Shown piece by piece: positions 21,005 to 30,839 of a stretch of DNA of 37,326 nucleotides (positions are counted from its first letter, which is position 1; each line of letters opens with the position of its first letter). A program made the translations under genes and the position numbers. The notes below the pieces were generated by a model. That model saw only the letters and a program-made list of their open reading frames with translations. It was not told the origin of the DNA and did no database searches. Origin of the DNA: Octopus bimaculoides (lineage: Eukaryota); NCBI RefSeq assembly GCF_001194135.2, contig NC_069003.1, forward strand, positions 10,717,016-10,754,341, in the 5' to 3' direction.

Positions 21005-21286
21005 AGAACAGGTGCTGGTGTTGCAATTAGCCAGTGAACTTCTTAAAAAATATATATTAGCCTCAGAGGTGGTATTAATACTGAGAGGTAATATTTACCC
21101 CACTTAAATGCAGATGTTCTGTTAGAACAGACTATACTGCAGTAGCTACCATGAGAGATATGCTGTTAGAACAATCAGTATATACCATGAAGGAAACTCT
21201 AAAAAATATATACTGTCAACAGTGGCAATATCAATACCGAGAAGTAATATCTAACACGTATATACAAATGTATATACACGTATATA

Positions 21287-21449
21287 GGCGCAGGAGTGGC
21301 TGTGTGGTAAGTAGCTTGCTTACCAGCCACATGGTTCTGGGTTCAGTCCCACTGTGTGGCACCTTGGGCAAGTGTCTTCTACTATAGCCTCAGGCCGACC
21401 AAAGCCTTGTGAGTGGATTTGGTAGACGGAAACTGAAAGAAGCCCGTCG

Positions 21450-21486
<37 letters not shown>

Positions 21487-21646
21487 NNNNNNNNNNNNNN
21501 NNNNNNNNNNNNNNNNNNNNNNNNNNNNNNNNNNNNNNNNNNNNNNNNNNNNNNNNNNNNNNNNNNNNNNNNNNNNNNNNNNNNNNNNNNNNNNNNNNNN
21601 NNNNNNNNNNNNNNNNNNNNNNNNNNNNNNNNNNNNNNNNNNNNNN

Positions 21647-21691
<45 letters not shown>

Positions 21692-21917
21692 GTGTATATG
21701 TTTGTATGTCTGTGTTTGACCCCTGCCAACATTGCTTGACAACCGATGCTGGTGTGTTTATGTCCCCGTAACTTAGTGGTTTGGCAAAAGAGACCGATAG
21801 AATAAGTACTAGGCTTACAAAGAATAAGTCCTGGGGGTCGATTTGCTCGACTAAAAGGCGGTGCTCCACCATGGCCGCAGTCAAATGACTGAAACAAGTA
21901 AAAGAGTAAAGAGTAAA
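21287..21917 (+). mobile_element. SINE-A, young full-length copy (gap in the microsatellite)
   Basis: Complete head, CORE-like CCTTGGGCAAGT, (TA)n, tail with TAAAAGAG repeats. Confidence 0.95.
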
Positions 21918-21924
21918 CCAGTTT

Positions 21925-22165
21925 TATAGTATTTGATGGTATAAAAGAATTTTTTTTTTACAAAGAAAACAATGTCTAATGCCACCTGCCCCCCACTCCA
22001 CTCCCCCAGATCCTATATGCAATTTGAGCCTTCTATACTTCTGCAGATAAGCTAATATTACAATGCTTTGGATACACTAAAAACATTTTTTTCCAGAATA
22101 TGCGCTACTGAAATTGGGGGTGTGTCTAATGTGTCTGCATCTCTCTTACCCCATCAAATATGGTA
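21925..22165. mobile_element. Tc1/mariner-superfamily MITE
   Basis: Imperfect 24-bp TIRs TATAGTATTTGATGGTATAAAAGA versus the reverse complement of the right end, TACCATATTTGATGGGGTAAGAGA; TA termini. Confidence 0.55.
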
Positions 22166-22600
22166 ATTATTCATGGTTTACACTGTTGAATATTTCCCAG
22201 GGTTGATCCGGTTTGTTAGTCAGCTGGTCAGTCTTTCAGCTGGTCAGATTCCCTGCCCTTTGCCACTGCTCTATGATTTCACATAATAAGAGAACGATCA
22301 CTTCTACTCCCTCACACCTCTTCATCCTCCTCTTCCTCTTCCAACAACAACATTAGTAGAGAACAAAATTGCTCTTTCACTCAAATGCTAAATATTTTCC
22401 TCTGTTACTCTATCTTTGTCCCCACCTTACTCCATTTACTAATTAGGTCAACACCATCATCATCGTCGTCATCATCATCATCACCACCAGGTTAATGAGC
22501 CAATAACAATGCCAACCAGGAAGTTAGAATTTGGGAAGAAGTAGGAGTAATAGTAAAATATAAAGCGGAAATTAAGTAACAGAAACTACAGGCATGGCTA

Positions 22601-22766
22601 GGTGCAGGCAACACTGCATGGTTAAGAAGTTTGCTTCCCAACCACATTGTTTTGGGTTCAGTTCAACTGCATGGCACCTTGGACAAGTCTCTTCTACAAT
22701 AGCCCTAGGTGACAAAGCCTTGTGAGCGAATCTGGTAGAAACCGAAAGAAGCCCATCACGTGTGTA

Positions 22767-22775
<9 letters not shown>
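22601..22775 (+). mobile_element. SINE-A head, runs into (TA)n and a gap
   Basis: GGTGCAGGC...GGTTCAGTTCAACTGCATGGCACCTTGGACAAGT...GAAAGAAGCCC. Confidence 0.85.
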
Positions 22776-22818
<43 letters not shown>

Positions 22819-23086
22819 NNNNNNNNNNNNNNNNNNNNNNNNNNNNNNNNNNNNNNNNNNNNNNNNNNNNNNNNNNNNNNNNNNNNNNNNNNNNNNNNNN
22901 NNNNNNNNNNNNNNNNNNNNNNNNNNNNNNNNNNNNNNNNNNNNNNNNNNNNNNNNNNNNNNNNNNNNNNNNNNNNNNNNNNNNNNNNNNNNNNNNNNNN
23001 NNNNNNNNNNNNNNNNNNNNNNNNNNNNNNNNNNNNNNNNNNNNNNNNNNNNNNNNNNNNNNTCTTCATCATAAGGTGCATTATAT

Positions 23087-23374
23087 CAGGGGTTTTCAAA
23101 CTGTGGTCCGCAGACCACAGGGGGTCCGCAAGGACAAGACAGGGGTTCCGTGGACAGCAAATACTTTTTATAGGCAATTTGATTTTATATATGTTTTTTA
23201 ATCGAAATCTTTTAATTGACAATAAACCTATTTGTTAAATACTGTTAAATAAATAAATGTAAAAATATATGTTCTTTTAAGCAAATATTTATGTATAAAT
23301 TTCATAAGCGTTTATAAGGGGGTAAAGCCTGAAATATAAAGGGGTCTGCAAGTCAAAAAGTTTGAAAACCCCTG
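23087..23374. mobile_element. hAT (Charlie-like) MITE, 288 bp, young
   Basis: Perfect 16-bp TIR CAGGGGTTTTCAAACT. Perfect 8-bp TSD CATTATAT (23079-23086, 23375-23382). Confidence 0.95.
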
Positions 23375-24133
23375 CATTATATAACATGGTGATGCACAGT
23401 TCTACTAGATGGAGATTGAACTAGTAAACATCTCTTTCAAACAACGTCCCAATGCTCGTATTCCTGTCAGATCCACCCACCCACCGACTGACTGACTGCA
23501 TGGCATATAAGATAAACTGTATTGCAAAAACACTCGCAAATCGAGAATCCCAGCTGGAGCACTCATTTATAAACATAGCAAATATGACATTCTGATAAAG
23601 GAGCAACCTAATTAACAGATACACAGCATAATCAGCAAGAACAAAGCTGAAGAGGTTACCAGCCTATAAAAAATTGGCTGTTCTGTCATTAATAATAATA
23701 GCTGATACGCAAAAATGAAAGAAAGAAAGGAAGAAAGAAATATTGTGACATACATCAGGTCAATTGGCGCTGATAGTGAATGGAATGTCAAAGTCCTGTG
23801 TATTCTATCATGATTTGATGTTAGTTTTATTATATTTTTCCTTTCCTCTTCGAGAAACATCATAGAGTATTTTGGCAAATCTTTCTCTATAGAAAAATAC
23901 TCTAAATTATAAGAAGTTTATATGTGTGTATGTGTATGTGTGTGTGTGTGTGTGGCCATTTTATTGTTGTCTTCCTGTATGGTTTTGTTTTAGAAGCTGT
24001 ATCCAATAGACATGACACAATCTGGAAGCTTCTACATTGGGTCAACAACTAGTAGGCCGTTGCCTACAAGTGTGCCAATGCTGTATTCTCTGTCAACCTT
24101 GGAGCTTTCCTAAAAATAGTTAAAATGTTATGG

Positions 24134-24372
24134 TCATTCATCATCATAATCATTTTACATCTGATTTCTACGCTGGCATGTAGCTTACTGTGGCTTACTG
24201 GATCCTGGTTTGAACAGGATCCAGTAAGCCACACGGATGCATCAAGTTCCATGTCAGTAACGGCTTAGTTTCTGTAGCTGAATGTCCTTCAAACACCAAC
24301 CACTTTACAGTGTGTGTTGGGTTCCTTTTTTTCGTGACACCAGCACTAGAGGGGTTGCCAAGTAACATGCAG
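24134..24372 (-). mobile_element. E-family copy containing a perfect 19-bp hairpin
   Basis: (CAT)n-TTTTACATC tail; CCAACCACTTTACAG...CACCAGCACTAG body; hairpin at 24189-24233. Confidence 0.75.
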
Positions 24373-24429
24373 GACAGGAAAGAACAAAGAGAGAAAGGCC
24401 CCTCACAACAAAGTGTGTGCATGGGGGCA

Positions 24430-24645
24430 AGTTATTTGATAGAGCGGTTTGGGACAAGTAGAGGTGTCTGAAATGTCTGCCTTCATAGTCTCTTCCTGTA
24501 TATATTGTCTTAGAAAATTATCTATCTGTCGCAGACCTGAACCAATTGGAATGAGGTAGGGATCTATGTCAGGAGTTAATGTGGTGTTCTTCATGGGCCT
24601 TAGATCTTTCTTAAAAACATTCCAGATTTTATGCATTTGTTGAAC
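24430..24645 (+). mobile_element. Decayed LINE reverse-transcriptase fragment (RTE-like)
   Basis: ERFGTSRGV*NVCLHSLFLYILS*KI...NWNEVGIYV...NIPDFMHLL resembles F.T..GVRQGC.LSP.LF.IY.E.I...GGI.I....NLR.ADD..LL; contains in-frame stops. Confidence 0.45.
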
Positions 24646-24930
24646 GCAGTTGTGGCTTTGTGGTTAAGAAGTTTGCTTCCTAACCACATGGTTTCTGGTT
24701 CAGTCCTACTGCATGGCACCATGGACAAATGTCTTTTGCTATAGCCCCAGGTTGACCAAAGCCTTGCAAGTGGATTTTGTAGGTGGAAGCTGCAAAAAGC
24801 CCACTGCGTGTTCAGCAAAAGACACCGATATAGTAAGTTTCAAACTTCAAAAAGAAGAAAAGAAAAAAAGGACTGAGGTTGATTTGCTCAACTAAATCCT
24901 TTTGAGGCAGTACCTCAGCATGGCCAGAAA
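24645..24930 (+). mobile_element. SINE-A, old, microsatellite region deleted
   Basis: Head joins directly to TTCAGCAAAAGACACCGAT; tail ...CCTCAGCATGGCC. Confidence 0.8.
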
Positions 24931-24944
24931 GAGTCATTATATAT

Positions 24945-25272
24945 AGACCCATTTTGGTCGTGAATGACAAAGGGGATGCACCTAGGAAGTTACCCTCCGA
25001 GGCACAGTTCTGGGCAAGATTGTTTATAGGAGACTATCAGTTGGACATGCATACCATCCCCCACTCTTCATACTATCGATGTCATCCAACGGAAAGGCAA
25101 ATGCAGATACAGCTTGGCACCAGTGACGTTGCAACTCATTTCTACAGCTGAGTGAACTGGGGCATCATGAAATAAAGGGCCTTGCTCAAGAATGCAACAC
25201 ACAGCCCGGTCCAGGAATTGAACTCACTACCTCATGATTGGAAGCCTGACGCTCTAACCACTGAGCCATGCA
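24945..25272 (-). mobile_element. SINE-C
   Basis: Reverse complement of 9338-9640; ends CTCTAACCACTGAGCCATGC. Confidence 0.92.
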
Positions 25273-25288
25273 ATGATACAGCAATTAA

Positions 25289-25680
25289 CATCATCATTTT
25301 AGTTTCCACTTTTTCATGCATCAATGGGTCAGATGGAATTTATTGAGATTAGATGCCTTTCCAGTCACCAACCCTCAACTGTTTTCCCACGGCCTGACAT
25401 GTTTTCCATAAAAGACTAGAAACTATCAACATTGCCTGTATGATGTTCGGCTATAACCATCACATAATGTCAAGACAACGGTACGTACACACATCACACA
25501 TACACACACAGAGGTAAACATGGGCTTCTTTTAGTTTCCATCTACCAAATCCATTCATAAGGCTTTGGTCAACCCAAATCTATAGTAGTAGACATTTGCT
25601 CAAAGTGCCACATAGTGGGACTGAACCCAAGACCACTTAGTTGGGAAGCAAGCTTTTTAACCACACACCCACACCTACAC
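25289..25680 (-). mobile_element. Composite SINE-A head + (TG)n + F/RTE-type tail
   Basis: Same module order as 13395-13786. Confidence 0.75.
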
Positions 25681-25717
25681 ATAAAAGATAAAAAAAAAAC
25701 AACATAAAAATAACTAT

Positions 25718-25865
25718 AGGTGCAGGCATGGCTGTGTGGTAAGAAGCTTGCTTCCTAACCACAAGGCTCCAGGTTCAGTTCCACTGCATAGCACCTTGGG
25801 CTGACCTAAGCCTCGTGAGTGGATTTGGTAGGCAGACACTGAAAGAAGCTTGTCGTGTTTATATA

Positions 25866-25901
<36 letters not shown>

Positions 25902-25989
25902 TAATTAAGGGATTAGCAAAACATTTGCTTCACCATATACCGAAGTTCAGAAAAATAGCAGCTAAAAAAGCTGAGAATCCTTTTAATTC

Positions 25990-26048
<59 letters not shown>

Positions 26049-26222
26049 ACAACCAGTGTCAGTGTGACCCAGAAACTTGGTGATTCAGCAAAAGAGACCA
26101 ATGGAGTAATTACAAGGCTTAGAATAAAAATAAGGAGGGGGGGGGTTGATTTGTTCGACTAAAACTTCTTGAAAGTGTTGCCCCAGCATGGCCACAGTCT
26201 GATGACTGAAACAAGTAAAATA
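25718..26222 (+). mobile_element. SINE-A with an insert of about 86 bp in its (TA)n
   Basis: Head at 25718; tail CAGTCTGATGACTGAAACAAGTAAAA; foreign segment at 25903-25988. Confidence 0.85.
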
Positions 26223-26569
26223 TCAAAGATTAGAAAAAACAGATCTCTACAAGTTAAGGTATAGATAGTCAACTACGTGTAGGTAGAAGGAATGGCTGTG
26301 GTTGTGATTGTTTGGTGTAAGAGTTAAGAGTGTAACAATTGACAGCTACTTATGCCTCAACAATGAATTTGTAAGACATGCACCTACCACCCCACCGAGA
26401 TAAACAGAGCATATCACAAAGTTTGCTGAATGATGAGTCAATGTTTGATATGAAGACAGTATTTCAGCTGGAAATTATTTCATATGAAACAATGAGAGGA
26501 AAAATGGGACACGGGTAAATAACAACATAGGTTTTCCTAGCAGAAGACAGGGACAGAGCGTGGACCAAA

Positions 26570-26720
26570 GATTCTCAACTGGGGTACATATGGCCCATAA
26601 TGGTCCATATAAGATTTTCTTGTTAAAATTTAGGTGCAACGAATTGGTTGTCCTTCTACAATACTTGAAATATTTTAATTTGTTTTATAAAATTCCTAAT
26701 TAATTAATTATAAAAATATC
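26570..26720 (+). mobile_element. Truncated copy of the MITE at 10544-10810
   Basis: ATTCTCAACTGGGGTACATATGGCCC...TTGTTAAAATTT...TTCTACAATACT...ATTCCTAAT...TTATAA is colinear. Confidence 0.7.
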
Positions 26721-26724
26721 TTCT

Positions 26725-26950
26725 TTTGCCTTTTACTTGTTTCAGTCATTTAAGTACAGTCATGCTGGGGTACAACTTTGAAGGATTTTATTGACCCCTG
26801 GGGCTTATTTTTTTTTAAAGCCTAATACTTATTCTATTGCCCCCTTTGCCTTACTGCTATATTACGGGGATGTAAACACACCAACACCAGTTGTCGAGCA
26901 GTGATGAGGGATAAATAGACACAAAGACACAGACACACAAACATATATAT
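26725..26950 (-). mobile_element. SINE-A 3' half
   Basis: TTACTTGTTTCAGTCATT...TACTTATTCTAT...TAAACACACCAACACCAGTTGTCGAGC. Confidence 0.85.
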
Positions 26951-27090
26951 CACCATCATGATTGTTTAATGTCTGCCTTCCATGATGGTATAAGTTGGAC
27001 GGTTTGGTAAGAGTCAGCCAAGTAGAAACCTGTACCAGACTTCTGTGTCTGTTTTGGCAGAGATTTTACAGCTAGATACCCTTCCTAGAA
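26951..27090 (-). mobile_element. E-family 3' fragment, old
   Basis: CATCATGATTGTTTAATGTCTGCCTTCCATG...GTTGGACGGTTTG...TACCCTTCCTA. Confidence 0.7.
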
Positions 27091-27144
27091 AACAAGACAC
27101 TTGTACTACAGAGCCAGAGGCAGTTTCAGCCAGATATCAAAAGA

Positions 27145-27250
27145 GTTAATGTGCATTAATGACAGCAGAAATGAGTTAAGCAGGAAACTGGGCAGAAAAG
27201 AAATCAGATGCAAAGTAAAAGAGAGAAAACTGCACTGGTACAGACAGGTG
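27145..27250 (+). mobile_element. RTE ORF2 fragment
   Basis: NELSRKLGRKEIRCKVKERKLHWYRQV resembles the RTE post-RT motif L...LG...I......RRLRW.GHV. Confidence 0.6.
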
Positions 27251-27385
27251 GATGCAAGACATTTCAGCACAGACGTTTCGGCACAGCCATTTTGGCACGG
27301 CCTCTTAGCTATTGCTGATTTGATGTTGACTTATTTGACATCAGACGTTTCAATGTTTCATTTTTCTTACTCTCTCTCTGTTTAT

Positions 27386-27493
27386 GTTGTCGTCGTCGTT
27401 TAACGTCCGCTTTCCATGCTAGCATGGGTTGGACGATTTGACTGAGGACTGGTGAAACTAGATGGCTACACCAGGCTCCAATCTGATTTGGCA
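27386..27493 (-). mobile_element. E-family 3' end, young
   Basis: Near-exact reverse complement of about 16130-16235. Confidence 0.9.
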
Positions 27494-28059
27494 ACATATG
27501 TGTGTCAACATATTTCTCTTTACATGTACGAAAAGGGAAAGTATGTCAACAATGTTAAATTAATAAATTGCAATGTCTCTCTCACTCTCCCTCCCTCTGT
27601 CTCTGTGTGAGGGACTAATTGTGCTTGTATGCATAATGTGTGTAGGTGTGTCTCTCTCCTTCTCTCTCTGTCTATGTGTAGAAGCAGATGGAAAGTATTT
27701 GTGTCAACCATGTTCTATTTAAAAAAATTGTAATCTCTCTTTCTCTCTCTCTCTCTCTCTTTGTGTGTGTAAGCATCGAGTTATGTTTCTATGTGTAATG
27801 TGACTCTCCTCCTCTCTCTCTCTCTCTATGTGGAGAGGAAAAGTGTTTATGTCAATCAGGCTCAGTTACTAAATTGTAATGTCATGCTCACTTGCTCTTT
27901 CTGCCTGTATGTGTATATTTCTGTGTGTGCGTGGGTCATTTGCCTCCAGTTCCAAGAAGTACCATCACCAAAACAGGCTGAATGTCCAGTAAGCCATGTG
28001 AAATCCTCAGCATACAAACTGCTGTACCAATCGTCTTATTCTGCAGACAGGTGATGCCT

Positions 28060-28272
28060 GTGAAAGGTTGACAGTTAGGATGAAGAAATACTGAACAACA
28101 TAAATGCGAAGAACTTGTGGAAAAGGAAGACAAGGAAATAGTGTGAAGGATGATCTCAAGAGAGGTTAAACCCTACAAATTAGATGATAAAAGACTGCAA
28201 CAAATGAGGAGATGCTATGATAGAGAACACCTATCCAGTCTATGCAGAACTGGACAATTAACATGATGTTGT
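28060..28272 (+). mobile_element. RTE 3' terminal fragment
   Basis: RRTCGKGRQGNSVKDDLKR resembles G.RGRGRP...W...VK.DL; ends in an RTE-like TTAACATGATG tail. Confidence 0.5.
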
Positions 28273-28292
28273 TACACACATACATTCATATG

Positions 28293-28334
<42 letters not shown>

Positions 28335-29150
28335 TATATANNNNNNNNNNNNNNNNNNNNNNNNNNNNNNNNNNNNNNNNNNNNNNNNNNNNNNNNNNNN
28401 NNNNNNNNNNNNNNNNNNNNNNNNNNNNNNNNNNNNNNNNNNNNNNNNNNNNNNNNNNNNNNNNNNNNNNNNNNNNNNNNNNNNNNNNNNNNNNNNNNNN
28501 NNNNNNNNNNNNNNNNNNNNNNNNNNNNNNNNNNNNNNNNNNNNNNNNNNNNNNNNNNNNNNNNNNNNNNNNNNNNNNNNNNNNNNNNNNNNNNNNNNNN
28601 NNNNNNNNNNNNNNNNNNNNNNNNNNNNNNNNNNNNNNNNNNNNNNNNNNNNNNNNNNNNNNNNNNNNNNNNNNNNNNNNNNNNNNNNNNNNNNNNNNNN
28701 NNNNNNNNNNNNNNNNNNNNNNNNNNNNNNNNNNNNNNNNNNNNNNNNNNNNNNNNNNNNNNNNNNNNNNNNNNNNNNNNNNNNNNNNNNNNNNNNNNNN
28801 NNNNNNNNNNNNNNNNNNNNNNNNNNNNNNNNNNNNNNNNNNNNNNNNNNNNNNNNNNNNNNNNNNNNNNNNNNNNNNNNNNNNNNNNNNNNNNNNNNNN
28901 NNNNNNNNNNNNNNNNNNNNNNNNNNNNNNNNNNNNNNNNNNNNNNNNNNNNNNNNNNNNNNNNNNNNNNNNNNNNNNNNNNNNNNNNNNNNNNNNNNNN
29001 NNNNNNNNNNNNNNNNNTTCCGGGTTCAGTCCCACTGTGTGGCATCTTGGGCAAGTATCTTCTACTATAGCCTCGGGCCGACCAAAGCCTTGTGAGTGGA
29101 TTTGGTAGACGGAAACTGAAAGAAGCCCATTGTATATATGTATATATATA

Positions 29151-29322
29151 TGGGAGAATATACAAATAATAATAACAGACGAGGACAGGTGGTGTAAATA
29201 ACAAAAGGATATATTAGTATGACGCTCGGGAATATGGAAAGTCTTTGACGTTTCGAGCTACGCTCTTCAACAGAAAGAATACGGAGACAAGGAGAAAAAC
29301 ACAGAGAAAAAAAAAATTGATT
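29151..29322 (-). mobile_element. Penelope-like pseudo-LTR or retrozyme-like monomer inserted in (TA)n
   Basis: About 170 bp unrelated to SINE-A, bounded by TA repeats, carrying a CTGN.GAAG...CGAAACGTC hammerhead motif. Confidence 0.6.
29242..29278 (-). ncRNA. Minimal type I hammerhead ribozyme (core variant A6U)
   Basis: Minus strand TCTTT-CTGTTGA-A-GAGC-GTA-GCTC-GAA-ACGT-C-AAAGA: 5-bp stem I, 4-bp stem II, palindromic ACGT stem III, GUC site. Confidence 0.75.
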
Positions 29323-29323
29323 G

Positions 29324-29354
<31 letters not shown>

Positions 29355-29859
29355 ATGTTTGTCCCCCTAGCATTGCTTGACAACCGATGCTGGTGTGTTT
29401 ATGTCCCTGTCACTTAGCGATTCGGCAAAAGTGACCGATCAAATAAGTACTAGGCTTACGAAGAATAAGTCCCAGGGTCGATTTGCTCGACTAAAGGCGG
29501 TGCTCCAGCATGGCCACAATCAAATGACTGAAACAAGTAAAAGAGAGAAAGTTGATACATGCGTGTGTGTCTGTGTGTGTAGGCAGTGCCCCAGTATGGC
29601 CACAATCTAATGGCTGAAACACGGTCAAAGATCTATGCACACTAGGTCAGGTCAGGGGATCTCATCACAGGCTGATGAAACCTGCTACTGATACCAGTTA
29701 AACCAGTACTACCTGTTGCATGGTTGAGTGGTTGGCAACTAAACCAGTTCTGCCACTTGAGTAGCTTGCTACTCTCGAGAGGAATGTGTCTGGACAGCCA
29801 GCCAGGACTGAAAGGACTGTAAACAAGACCTGTCGAAGGACGGATGGACTTCTTGTGGG

Positions 29860-29925
29860 TGAATAATGGCCGTCCTGTCAGGGATGGCAATGGGAAACCA
29901 CTCCAATATTTCTGGCAAGGAAACA
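29860..29925 (+). mobile_element. RTE/BovB-type conserved 5'-region motif
   Basis: GGCAATGGGAAACCACTCCAATATTTCTGGCAAGGAAAC resembles the Bov-A/BovB motif ATGGCAACCCACTCCAGTATTCTTGCCTGGAAAA. Confidence 0.45.
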
Positions 29926-30184
29926 TGATGAGAAAGTCAGAATGAAGTGATGCTTAATCAGAAAGACTTTTGTTGTGTCATCAACATGACAAAGCATATG
30001 ACTACATATATATATAGATATATATATCTTTTAAAATTGCTTATGGTAATGTTTTGAATATGCAAATAAAGCCCCTATTCCATTATGCCACCGACCATCT
30101 AATGATGTCATGATTTGTGGAAACACATGTAGCGGTGCATAAAATGTTTATAAATTCCATCCTAGGATAATTGTTATTATTATT

Positions 30185-30227
<43 letters not shown>

Positions 30228-30456
30228 NNNNNNNNNNNNNNNNNNNNNNNNNNNNNNNNNNNNNNNNNNNNNNNNNNNNNNNNNNNNNNNNNNNNNNNNN
30301 NNNNNNNNNNNNNNNNNNNNNNNNNNNNNNNNNNNNNNNNNNNNNNNNNNNNNNNNNNNNNNNNNNNNNNNNNNNNNNNNNNNNNNNNNNNNNNNNNNTA
30401 TATATATAGATATATATATATAGATATATATATATATAGATATATATATATATATA

Positions 30457-30682
30457 ATCATCATTTAACACCCACTTTTCCATCCCCACATTTGCCAGAC
30501 AATTTGCTGAAGCAGTTCTTTTACGGCAGGATGTCCTTCCTGTCACTAACCCTCACACGTTTCAAAGTAGACCTGTTTTTCATGCAAGACTGGAAACCAG
30601 CAACCTCATTTCTATAACGATGATGCTCATTTATAACAACCATGTAATGTCTAGACAAGGGTAATACACACACACACACAAA
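30457..30682 (-). mobile_element. F module with RTE-type tail (no SINE-A head seen)
   Basis: TCATCATTTAACACCCACTTTTCCAT...CCTTCCTGTCACTAACCCTCAC...ACAACCATGTAATGTCTAGACAAG-(CA)n, colinear with 25289-25510. Confidence 0.7.
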
Positions 30683-30839
30683 CTCATAATTCAAGGGCCT
30701 CACCTTGTATAAATACACTGCACAAGTGCTGTGGAATACTCAACTGTTTACATGCTAATTCAATGAACAAGGAGCTCACTTGACCGAACAGCTGAATGTG
30801 CATCATTAAAAGCAACAGAGATCTATTTACTAAGTGCCC

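Larger units (their letters stand above)
29018..29548 (+). mobile_element. SINE-A, young, head in a gap, interrupted by a Penelope-like insert
   Basis: Near-identical to 21287-21917 outside 29151-29322. Confidence 0.92.
3714..30398. other. Twelve assembly gaps: 3714-3995, 4830-5135, 6927-7771, 8484-8533, 9937-10317, 14472-15290, 17705-17854, 18522-18621, 21487-21646, 22819-23062, 28341-29017, 30228-30398
   Basis: Runs of N, mostly abutting microsatellites. Confidence 1.

Noticed and set aside
23400-23900. Membrane-protein-like ORFs
   Set aside because: Hydrophobic bias follows from T-rich DNA; no motif or coherent splice structure.
24403-24636. Minus-strand 77-aa ORF (KKDLRPMKNTT...) as an exon
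   Set aside because: It has no donor site and is better explained as the antisense of a decayed RT fragment.
26360-26510. Short ORF MHLPPHRDKQSISQSLLNDESMFDMK...
   Set aside because: Under 50 aa, with no recognisable domain or acceptor site.
29672-29690. CTGATGA as a third hammerhead
   Set aside because: No stem II/GAAA/stem III/UH arrangement; likewise for the CTGATGA hits near 2176 (minus strand), 3460 (minus strand), 20562 and 26179.
3606-30617. Long ORFs containing X runs
   Set aside because: They stay open only because N-gaps and dinucleotide repeats lack stop codons.
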